DNA of 64,000 nt, taken from Candidatus Latescibacterota bacterium. GTDB lineage: Bacteria > Latescibacterota > UBA2968 > GCA-2709665. The stretch covers positions 2,240,001 through 2,304,000 of the forward strand of contig OZ241917.1 in NCBI GenBank assembly GCA_965203805.1, in the 5' to 3' direction. This document shows, piece by piece, positions 26,053 to 34,454 of the stretch (position 1 is the first letter of the stretch; each line of letters begins with the position of its first letter). Both the position numbers and the translations under genes were made by a program. The notes under the pieces are model-generated. The model worked only from the letters and a program-made list of their open reading frames with translations, was not told the DNA's origin and did no database searches.

Positions 26053-28608
26053 TCACCCCCCGGCGCTCAGCCCGAAGACCGCGGCGAAGAGGATGAAATC
26101 CGCAAAGCTGATCTGTTGATCGCCGTTCAGGTCCAGGTTCGCGTCGTAATTCGGATCGCCCGAGCTTGTGCCGAAACTGCGGGCAAGCAGCACGAAGTCC
26201 CCGAACCCGACGATGCCGTCGCGGTCGAAGTCGGCGCGTCTGGGGTCGGTCACCGGAGCATCTACGTAGACCGGTCTTCCTCGCACCGCGATCCCCCGGG
26301 GCCCGTCTTCCAGCGTGAGCGTCTTGCGGACGAATCCCGAGGCCGCGTCGAAAAACAGGAGTTCGTTCGAATCCTGGTTGGCCGCGTAAACGGTTTTTCC
26401 GTCAGCGGACACGGCGACGTCGCGCGTTTCGCGGCCGCGCGACGCCCACTTTAGAATAACGCGATTCAGTTCGGTATTGATCACCAGAACCCTGGCATTG
26501 GTCCGGTCCGTGGCATAGAGGCGCTTCCCGTCCGGTGAAAGGGCAAGCCGGAAGACGCTTGCGGATGGCTGATCGATTTCGCTGACGACCTCGTGGGTTT
26601 CGGTATCGATAACGGAAACGCCGGCCCCGTTCCCGCTGCGTCCGAACCGGGATACGTACAGCCGTTCTCCCGAATGAGAAAGCAGCAGCGACCGCGGCGA
26701 TTCCGCGACGTCGATCCGCTCGACGACCCGACCGGCTTCGATATCCACCACCATCACCTGGTTCCCGTCGATATCCGCCGCATACAGCCACTCTTCGTCC
26801 GGCCCTACGGCGATGCCGAACGGTCCTCGTGTATTTTCCCCTTCGCCGGCGACAGGCGTGGAAATGCGTCGACTCTCTCTAAGGCTGCCCGCGTCCACCA
26901 CCGACACGGTCTGATCCGCGGCATTGCTCACGTACACACGCGACCCGTTTCGAGGCATCGCCAGGTCCAGTGGTTCGCGGCCCACCCGTGTCACCAGAAC
27001 TTCGTGCGTGGAGGTGTCGATCGCCATCAGCTTGTTCTGCGCGCCGTCAGTGTCGGCGCCGTTGTTGGCAACGTACACAAACCGCTCGTCGGGTGTCAGC
27101 AGAACGCTCAAAGGGTCGCCGCCCAGCGGTATCCGGGCCACCTCGCGATCCAGGCCCGTGTCAAACACGGCCAACTGCCGGGAGCGGCGCAGCGCCACGT
27201 ATACGACCGGCTCTCCGGAAAGCGCGAGCACTTCAAACCGGAGTTCCGGCAGTTCCTCAGCCGGATAGACCGTCTCGTTGCCCTCGCTGTCCTGCGCCCG
27301 AAACCGATAAGAAAACACCGTACCGCGTTGGCTGCCTGGAAACTCTGCGGAATAAAGCCGTCCATGTTCGGGCTGTAACGCCAGCGTCCGGACGGGTCCG
27401 CCGTCGGTCCGGTAGTCCACCTCCGCCAAGGAAATCGGATCCTCATCCAGAATGCGGACGTGCAGCCGGTACGGGCCGGCCGGGCTCGGCGTATTGTTCG
27501 GAAGAACGGTCGGTTGAACGTCCGGAAAACCCGGAAGGGCGGTTCCCAGGGTAAAGTCGACCTCCGCCACGCTCCTGCCGGGGGCTATCCGAACCGCGTC
27601 GGCGACGTCCCGAATCGCACGGTTGTCGTAATACTCCTCCGGGAAGCCGGATTCGAACTCCCTGTAGATACCGCTGAAATTCCGCGTGGTGACCGATCCG
27701 CCCACCGGCTCGATACCCACGTGATACTCACCCGGCGGCAGGCCCTTGATTTCATACTCCCCGTCCCCACCGATCCCCCGGTTTTCACCTGCAGTACCCG
27801 AAAGGACGCCCGCGGCGAACTCACCCGTATCGGCGCGGTAGGCCACCACGTGCACGCCGAATGCGCCCGCGCCGTCCCGGCGTGCCACCCGGCCCGAAAT
27901 CGAGCCCGTGGAAATTCTCGCCTCGGTGGATGGATAGAGCGCCGCAATCCCGGCACGGTCGTCCGTCGTCAGGGTACGTTCCTCTCCGAAGTAGAAGGGA
28001 TACATCGACGGACGAACGGATCGGTCTCCGGCCAGCGGCGAATGGGCAAGACCCAGCAGGTGGCCGATCTCGTGGACCAGCACATCCTGCATATCCACCA
28101 GACCGCTCTCCTGGTCGGGATTCCCCACGGAATAGGAATAGTCGCGCCCATTGAAGACGATATCCACGTCCGTAATATGTCCCTGGACGTCCCAATTCAT
28201 CCGTGCGAACGCGATCACTCCGCCGCCGCCGCGGTCCGGGAAATTCCGGGCGCTCCGGTCGAAGGTAATGACGTTCTTGCCATCAGTTGACGACACCTCC
28301 AGATCGGCGACGCCGCGGTTCCTGAACGCGGCGACTGAAATGGGAACCTCCTCCCAGGCGACGAAACTGTCCCGCACCAGGCGTTTCACATGGTCATCGA
28401 AAAAAGGAAACTGGTCGATCTCAAGCCAGAATTCGATCGCCCGTGCTTTACCGGCCGGCCAGCGCACCGTGACGATCTGGCGCTGGTTGTTCCGGTGCAT
28501 CTGGAACACGTAGGAAAATACGGGAGCAGCCAGGAAGCAGCCCGCCACAACGGCCACAATAAGCCAGACAAAAAACGGTCGTGTTCTGGTCCCGAATCCG
28601 CGTCTCAC
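26053..28608 (-). CDS. Secreted matrixin (M10-like) metalloprotease with Ig-like domains, a YVTN beta-propeller and a C-terminal dockerin-like domain
   Basis: HEIGHLLGLAHS zinc motif with Met-turn PSMYP; repeated YVAN/YVSN/YATD/YAAN blades; C-terminal DFDRDGIVGFGDFVLLARSFG...DLNGDQQISFADFILFAAVFG. Confidence 0.85.
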   Translation of the reverse strand: MRRGFGTRTRPFFVWLIVAVVAGCFLAAPVFSYVFQMHRNNQRQIVTVRWPAGKARAIEFWLEIDQFPFFDDHVKRLVRDSFVAWEEVPISVAAFRNRGVADLEVSSTDGKNVITFDRSARNFPDRGGGGVIAFARMNWDVQGHITDVDIVFNGRDYSYSVGNPDQESGLVDMQDVLVHEIGHLLGLAHSPLAGDRSVRPSMYPFYFGEERTLTTDDRAGIAALYPSTEARISTGSISGRVARRDGAGAFGVHVVAYRADTGEFAAGVLSGTAGENRGIGGDGEYEIKGLPPGEYHVGIEPVGGSVTTRNFSGIYREFESGFPEEYYDNRAIRDVADAVRIAPGRSVAEVDFTLGTALPGFPDVQPTVLPNNTPSPAGPYRLHVRILDEDPISLAEVDYRTDGGPVRTLALQPEHGRLYSAEFPGSQRGTVFSYRFRAQDSEGNETVYPAEELPELRFEVLALSGEPVVYVALRRSRQLAVFDTGLDREVARIPLGGDPLSVLLTPDERFVYVANNGADTDGAQNKLMAIDTSTHEVLVTRVGREPLDLAMPRNGSRVYVSNAADQTVSVVDAGSLRESRRISTPVAGEGENTRGPFGIAVGPDEEWLYAADIDGNQVMVVDIEAGRVVERIDVAESPRSLLLSHSGERLYVSRFGRSGNGAGVSVIDTETHEVVSEIDQPSASVFRLALSPDGKRLYATDRTNARVLVINTELNRVILKWASRGRETRDVAVSADGKTVYAANQDSNELLFFDAASGFVRKTLTLEDGPRGIAVRGRPVYVDAPVTDPRRADFDRDGIVGFGDFVLLARSFGTSSGDPNYDANLDLNGDQQISFADFILFAAVFGLSAGG

Positions 28609-28611
28609 GAC

Positions 28612-29004
28612 TCAGTCCTGTTGAATAAGCACGGGATCGGGCGATTCCTGATCCACGTACCACACCTCATGCCGGCCGTTACCGTTCAGGTCCGCCCGCG
28701 CTTCCGCAACGAACGTGGATCCCTCCACCGTTACCCGGTAACGGAATCTGCCCGGCACTTCGTTCAATTTAAGGATCTGTCCGTTTTTTTCACTGTCAAT
28801 CGGCAGATAAGTTCCGAATTCCTTCAAGTGAGCGCTTTCCAGACGATAGATCAATTCGAGGTGCATCCGTGCCCGCGTGCGTTCGCTGTCTTCCGGAGAC
28901 TGGGCGGTGAGACGGTAGATCATCAGGCCGCAGAACAGAAACAGCAGCACGACCGGTACTAGATGCTTCCTTATGAATAGACCACGTTCCGTTGTTTCCG
29001 ACAC
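28612..29004 (-). CDS. Small membrane-anchored pilin-like protein
   Basis: GTG 29004 after GGAG; one TM helix followed by an amphipathic helix (ARMHLELIYRLESAHLKEFGTY) and FVAEARADLNGNGRHEVW, as in type IV pilin globular domains; no clear prepilin cleavage site. Confidence 0.55.
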   Translation of the reverse strand: MSETTERGLFIRKHLVPVVLLFLFCGLMIYRLTAQSPEDSERTRARMHLELIYRLESAHLKEFGTYLPIDSEKNGQILKLNEVPGRFRYRVTVEGSTFVAEARADLNGNGRHEVWYVDQESPDPVLIQQD

Positions 29005-29006
29005 CG

Positions 29007-30710
29007 CTAATTCTCCGTGGCGAGTCCCGACTCCGACTGGACTTGAATGTTCAGGAGCGTCTCGGCTGCAGTCTCCCACCGGGGGACGACCTCAATCGTA
29101 TCCTGAAGCGCGGCAATGGGTTCGGCCGGGACAAAGGGACTGGCCACGCCACGGCTCCACGTACGGTTGCCGTCGACGTCTCCGAAGGCCAGCACCCGGT
29201 AACGCCCGGGCAGAAGGGCGTCGAGATAGTAGGAAGAATCGCCGGGCGCTACGACGACCGCCCGCGTCCGTTCAGACCCTGAAAGGGATTGCACCTGTAC
29301 CACGATCCGCGTATCGGAGGGTGCAACAGCACCACTGACGGCGCCCTGGTCCTCAGGCGACGCAATCGTAAACCGAAACGCAATCTCTCCTTCCGCGGGG
29401 TTTCCGGAGACATCCGAAAGCCTTTCGGCCTGACCGCGAAGTACGTAGGTCTTCCCAATGACCCAGGCGTCGGCCGGCCGAAACGCAAACCGGTTGGGCA
29501 GCGGCCACGAGACCCGTCCCTCAGGGGCGTCCGTACTGTCGGACCGCACCCAGAACTCCGGGTGCGCAACGGGCGCCATCGCCTCACTGAAATCGATTTG
29601 CAACACGACGTCTTGCGATGTATTCCGTGCGCCAATTTCAGGATGGACACGAACCGGATCGGGCGCGCGCCGGTCTGGCTGCCCCTCACCGCGCACCGTC
29701 GCCGTTTCGCCGGGAGGGATCGTATTTCCGAAGCGGTCGGCAATCCCGTCCAATTCCACGTGGTATTCCATTCCGGCGGCCTGTGGCGCGGTAACCAGCC
29801 AAACCCGGCTGGAATCCCTCGCGTCCGGATAGACACCCTCCACCTCGAGGAGCCCGTCGCCGCCGGAAATCCGGGGCGGCGACAGCAGATTCACGGGTTC
29901 ATCAAACCGGAGGGCAAGCCGTCGCCGATCGGGCGTCCGCGCCGAAACAAAACGGGGCGGTACGCTGTCGCGCACCGCCATCTTCAGCAGACCCAATTGC
30001 ACGCGGCGATCCCCCGATCCGAGGGTGACATCGCCAGGGGGTACCGCGAGCGATTCGCCCGAGGTATACGCCTGGTCGCGATCGCCGTCGCGGAATGCGA
30101 ATACACGGTACCGCCCCGCCCCTAATCGGACAAACCGATAGGTTCCGTCCGCGCCGGGCTGTGTCACATAAGCCGGAGGGTCGGCTACGGGATCGGGGTC
30201 GTTGTCTCCGGTCAGATCATACGCCCATACGAAGACCTGCCCACGCTGTCCGCCCACCGGGAGAACGCGTCCATGGATCTCGCCGCCATCCAGCCGTTCA
30301 CCGGTGGAGAATGCGAAGCTGTAGGACGCTTCCATTCGGTTGTACGACTCGTCTGAACTGGCGGCCCCCACGGACACCACGTAGGTCCGTTCCTCGCGGA
30401 GGCCTTCGTTCGGACGGATTTCAAGCTCCTGACCGCGCCATTTGAAATCCGGATCGGCGGAAAAGCGCGGAGAGATGAAAATCGCACGCGTCACCGACCG
30501 ACGGTCCATGCGTTCGCTGAACCGGATGCGGATGCGGGTCTCCGTTCCCACACCCACGGAATCGGCGGCCGGCATCGTGCGGACAACCCGCGGCGGGATG
30601 ACGTCCTTTGGCCCTCCGGGAGGCGGCATAGGGCTGGCGCACGCTCCCGCGAATAGCGGGGCGAGACCGATCAGAACGCGCGCCGCCTTTTCCCGGATGG
30701 ACTTTATCAA
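29007..30710 (-). CDS. Ig-like (Big_5) domain lipoprotein
   Basis: Lipobox AGAC followed by ASPMPPPGGPKDVIPP; repeated IRFSE/LRFDE/IDFSE Ig motifs and GRYRVFAFxDxD. Confidence 0.8.
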   Translation of the reverse strand: MIKSIREKAARVLIGLAPLFAGACASPMPPPGGPKDVIPPRVVRTMPAADSVGVGTETRIRIRFSERMDRRSVTRAIFISPRFSADPDFKWRGQELEIRPNEGLREERTYVVSVGAASSDESYNRMEASYSFAFSTGERLDGGEIHGRVLPVGGQRGQVFVWAYDLTGDNDPDPVADPPAYVTQPGADGTYRFVRLGAGRYRVFAFRDGDRDQAYTSGESLAVPPGDVTLGSGDRRVQLGLLKMAVRDSVPPRFVSARTPDRRRLALRFDEPVNLLSPPRISGGDGLLEVEGVYPDARDSSRVWLVTAPQAAGMEYHVELDGIADRFGNTIPPGETATVRGEGQPDRRAPDPVRVHPEIGARNTSQDVVLQIDFSEAMAPVAHPEFWVRSDSTDAPEGRVSWPLPNRFAFRPADAWVIGKTYVLRGQAERLSDVSGNPAEGEIAFRFTIASPEDQGAVSGAVAPSDTRIVVQVQSLSGSERTRAVVVAPGDSSYYLDALLPGRYRVLAFGDVDGNRTWSRGVASPFVPAEPIAALQDTIEVVPRWETAAETLLNIQVQSESGLATEN

Positions 30711-30799
30711 CGGGCCGCTAATGTTCTGTCCCGGAAATAAGTTGCCTGAATTCGGCCGTGGGAAAGCAACAATTCTCTAAAGGCGTTTAGACGGAAGCC

Positions 30800-30861
30800 G
30801 TGAGACGGGAGATGATATGAGTGCCTGAAGAACGGGTAGACGTAAGAAGTGAGACGGGAGA
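30800..30861. repeat. 13-bp direct repeat within degenerate heptamer-like repeats
   Basis: GTGAGACGGGAGA at 30800-30812 and 30849-30861, 49 nt apart (7x7). Confidence 0.6.
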
Positions 30862-30884
30862 GATTGTCTGCCCTGTATGGGACA

Positions 30885-31790
30885 TTAAGCTCTCGGATGC
30901 GCCTGCCGATAGGCCTTCTTTAGCCGTTCCACGCTAACGTGGGTATAAATCTGCGTGGTAGACAGGCTCGCGTGCCCAAGCATTTCCTTCACCGCATTCA
31001 GATCGGCGCCCCTGTCCAGAAGATGGGTGGCGAACGTATGCCGCAGGGTATGCGGCCCCAAACGGCCCCTGCCCGTCGCCATTTCGAGATGCCCCACAAC
31101 CCGGTCCTGAACCCCGCTGGCGCTCAACGCCCTGCCGGTACGGGTGAGGAAAAAATGCCGCCGGTCAGCCTCTCGCGCATCGGCTGGCAGCAGTTCGGAC
31201 CGGCGGGCGAGGTACCTGCGCAGGGCTTCCCGGGCCGGCGCGCCCACAGGCACGAGTCGCTCCCTTCCGCCCTTTCCGGTCACACGCACGGTCCCGCTGT
31301 CCAGATCCAGACTATCCAACCTGATGTCCGCCAGTTCACGCAGCCGGATGCCGGAACTGTAAAACAATTCCAGAATCGCCCGGTCCCGCAGACCCAACGC
31401 GGTATCCGGCGACGGATTCTCCAGCACCCGATGCACCTCCGAAAGATCCAGATGGACCGGCAGGGTCTTCTCCTGCCGGGGCGGACGAACCTGCAGCGCC
31501 GGGTTCTTTTCCAGATGGTCCAGGCGGCAGAGCCAGGCAAAAAACGTGCGCAAGGATGCCAGCTTCCGTGCGATTGAACGTCGGCCGAATCCGGCGCCGT
31601 TCAGATATCCGAGGAACGCCCGAACGTCCTCACGCGCGACCGGTCTCACGTCCGGCTGTTCAACGCGCCGGCGTACCTGCATGAAAGAAACGAACCTTTC
31701 GAGGTCCGTCCGGTAGGCCGTGCAGGTGTGCGGCGACAGTCGACGCTCGTTGGCGAGATGACGGAGAAATTCGGCGATCAACTGCTGCAT
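30885..31790 (-). CDS. xerC: Tyrosine recombinase XerC
   Basis: LSPHTCTAYRTDL, RDRAILELFYSSGIRLREL, VTGKGGRERLVP, HTLRHTFATHLL and LGHASLSTTQIYTHV...HPRA; directly downstream of topA. Confidence 0.9.
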   Translation of the reverse strand: MQQLIAEFLRHLANERRLSPHTCTAYRTDLERFVSFMQVRRRVEQPDVRPVAREDVRAFLGYLNGAGFGRRSIARKLASLRTFFAWLCRLDHLEKNPALQVRPPRQEKTLPVHLDLSEVHRVLENPSPDTALGLRDRAILELFYSSGIRLRELADIRLDSLDLDSGTVRVTGKGGRERLVPVGAPAREALRRYLARRSELLPADAREADRRHFFLTRTGRALSASGVQDRVVGHLEMATGRGRLGPHTLRHTFATHLLDRGADLNAVKEMLGHASLSTTQIYTHVSVERLKKAYRQAHPRA

Positions 31791-31910
31791 GTACGATATC
31801 TCTCCAGGGTGGACGTCCCGCTGTGCCGGAACCACGTGCGCGATCCTGCCGACGGATCTCGCGGCGGGATGCGAACCGCCGCGGCCGTTCCAGGGGGATC
31901 CCCCCGCGGG

Positions 31911-34214
31911 TTACGCTTTTTCGTCCTCGGGCGCGGAAACGGCACGCCGGCATTTCAGGCACCGGAGCGACGTCCGGCCATTCCGGCCGGTATGCTCAGC
32001 CAGAAACGGTCCTTCACATACCGGACAAGGCCGGTTCAACGGGCGGTCCCAACTCGCGAACGTACATTCAGGGTAATTGCCGCAACTGAAGAACGTCCTG
32101 CCCCGCCGGCTGCTGCGTTCCTTGAGTTGACCGTCGCAATCTTCCTGAGGGCAGGGCACCCCCGTCGAAATTGATCTCGTATTTCTGCATTCGGGGTACC
32201 CCGAGCACGCCAGAAAACGGCCATTTCGTCCGGAACGGATCATCATTTCCGATCCGCATTTCTCGCAAGTCTCGCCGGAAGACGCCGGCTCGGAATCTTC
32301 GAGCGGCTGGGTGTTTCGGCACGCCGGAAATCCGGAGCAGGCGAGAAAACGCCCATTGCGTCCCCACTTGATCACGAAGACCTTGCCGCACTTCTCGCAG
32401 ATTCTGTCGGTCTCCTCCTGAAGCGACGCCTTCAGCTGTTTTCGCTGCCCTTCCGCCCGGTCCAGGTCCCTGGCAAACGGCCCGTAGAAGTCCTCCACCA
32501 CCTTCACCCAGCCCACTTCGCCGTTCTCGACCCGATCGAGTTCTCCTTCCATCTTCGCCGTGAAATCCACGTTGAAAACGTCCGGAAACGCCTGCACCAG
32601 AATTCCGTTTACCGTGCGTCCCAGATCGGTGGGCGCGAACCGACCGCTGTTTTTGCTGGTATAGTCCCTGTCCTGGAGCGTGCTGATGATCTGTGCGTAT
32701 GTACTGGGGCGTCCGATTTCTCGCGACTCCAACTCCTTGACGAGCGTCGCCTCGGAAAACCGCGGAGGCGGTTTTGTAAAGTGCTGCTCTGGCAAAAGCG
32801 AGATCATCTTCAGGTCGTCGCCCTTCTTCAACCCGTCCGGCAACCGCGCTTCCGCTTCACGTTTCTCATCGTCCGTCGCCTCGGTATAGAGCGCCGTGAA
32901 GCCATCGAATTCCATGACGGTTCCGGTCGACCGAAGTTCATATTCACCCGCACTGATCTCCACCGTCGTTCGATTGTACACCGCCGACGCCATCTGACAC
33001 GCGATAAACCGATCCCAGATCAGTCGATACAGTTTCGCCTGATCCGCGGTCAGATAGGCCTCGACGTCTTTCGGTTGATATTCGATCCCAGTGGGTCGTA
33101 TCGCCTCGTGCGCATCCTGCGCGCCCTGACCCTTTCGGTAGCTCCTGGCACGGGGCGGGAGATAGGCTTTTCCGAATCGCTGCTGAATATAGTCCCTTGC
33201 CGCAGATACCGCCTCGCCAGCCAGCCGGGTGGAGTCGGTCCGCATATATGTGATCAGTCCCGTCGTCTCAGGCGCCCCGGTGCCGCCGGCCGGTACGTCA
33301 ACGCCTTCGTAGAGCTGTTGCGCCACCATCATTGTCTTGCGTGCCGTGAACCGCAGCCTTCGCGACGCCTCCTGCTGAAGCGAACTGGTAATGAACGGCG
33401 GAGACGGGTTGCGGCGTTGCTGCCGCCTCTTGACGTCCGCGATCCGATATCCGTGATGACGGTGCGAATCCAATCCGCCAATACGCTCGTCGCGATCTGA
33501 GGGTTCCCCCGCCAACCCCCGAAGGTCGGACAGAATCGCGTCCACTTCACTCCGGTTCTTAACTTCCAGCTTCTCGCCCCTCAACCTGAACAAACGCGCC
33601 TTGAACGGGACGGTATCCTCGCGTTTCAACTTTACGTCGACGGTCCAGTATTCCACCGGAACGAACACGTCGATGGCCGCCTCCCGCTCGCAAATCAGAC
33701 GAAGCGCCACCGATTGGACCCGCCCGGCGCTCAGACCGCCGTGAACCGTTTTCCACAACAAAGGGCTGACCTTGTACCCCACCAGGCGATCAAGGACCCT
33801 GCGGGCCTGCTGTGCGTCCACCTTCCTCAAATCGATACTCGAGGGGTTGGCCACCGCATCCCCTACCGCCCGTTCCGTAATCTCGTTGAACATCACCCTC
33901 TGGGCTTCGCCGACCCGCTTCAGCGCCTCTGCCACGTGCCAGGCAATGGCTTCGCCCTCGCGGTCCGGATCTGTCGCCAGAATCAACCGCGCTGCCTTCC
34001 GGGACGCCGCGCGAAGCTCTTTGACGAATTTGTTCCGGTCCCGGATGGTTCGGTACGTCGGCCTGAAACCATTCGCCACGTCGATGCCCAGTTCCTTCTG
34101 CGGCAGATCCCTTACGTGACCCATACTGGCCAACACCTTGAATTTCCTACCGAGTATCTTGTTGATCGTTTTCGCCTTTGCAGGCGACTCGACGACCACC
34201 AGCGCATCCGGCAT
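31911..34214 (-). CDS. topA: DNA topoisomerase I (type IA) with C-terminal zinc ribbons
   Basis: VVESPAKAKTI, ATDPDREGEAI, SAGRVQS, catalytic ITYMRTDS, AHEAIRPT, GRPSTYA and C4 zinc-ribbon repeats. Confidence 0.97.
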   Translation of the reverse strand: MPDALVVVESPAKAKTINKILGRKFKVLASMGHVRDLPQKELGIDVANGFRPTYRTIRDRNKFVKELRAASRKAARLILATDPDREGEAIAWHVAEALKRVGEAQRVMFNEITERAVGDAVANPSSIDLRKVDAQQARRVLDRLVGYKVSPLLWKTVHGGLSAGRVQSVALRLICEREAAIDVFVPVEYWTVDVKLKREDTVPFKARLFRLRGEKLEVKNRSEVDAILSDLRGLAGEPSDRDERIGGLDSHRHHGYRIADVKRRQQRRNPSPPFITSSLQQEASRRLRFTARKTMMVAQQLYEGVDVPAGGTGAPETTGLITYMRTDSTRLAGEAVSAARDYIQQRFGKAYLPPRARSYRKGQGAQDAHEAIRPTGIEYQPKDVEAYLTADQAKLYRLIWDRFIACQMASAVYNRTTVEISAGEYELRSTGTVMEFDGFTALYTEATDDEKREAEARLPDGLKKGDDLKMISLLPEQHFTKPPPRFSEATLVKELESREIGRPSTYAQIISTLQDRDYTSKNSGRFAPTDLGRTVNGILVQAFPDVFNVDFTAKMEGELDRVENGEVGWVKVVEDFYGPFARDLDRAEGQRKQLKASLQEETDRICEKCGKVFVIKWGRNGRFLACSGFPACRNTQPLEDSEPASSGETCEKCGSEMMIRSGRNGRFLACSGYPECRNTRSISTGVPCPQEDCDGQLKERSSRRGRTFFSCGNYPECTFASWDRPLNRPCPVCEGPFLAEHTGRNGRTSLRCLKCRRAVSAPEDEKA

Positions 34215-34378
34215 ACAGTCTCCCAAAAGAACGAGCCACTTCGAAAGACGTCATCGAGTGACTCACCAAGGTTCTGACGCGTTGTCGATCGCCGGAATTC
34301 CGGTTCACATGGCTCCGGAAGCGTTGTCTCAGGATCTCCCCGGGTACATCGATCAACATACGCAGCGCGTCCGATTCA

Positions 34379-34450
34379 AAAATACGCGCGACCCAATCAA
34401 AAGTCAAGACTAAACTAATAACTTATTGTAAAACAATTATTAATACTATA
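34379..34450 (-). promoter_or_regulatory. Sigma70-type promoter of topA-xerC with an AT-rich upstream tract
   Basis: Minus strand TTGACT (34407-34402)-N17-TATTTT (34384-34379), with a strongly AT-rich tract at 34411-34453 upstream. Confidence 0.55.
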
Positions 34451-34454
34451 AATC

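Noticed and set aside
30885-31790. Tyrosine recombinase as the integrase for the tRNA-Pro att site or a mobile element
   Set aside because: It has XerC-type sequence and the housekeeping topA-xerC arrangement, and lies 20 kb from the tRNA.
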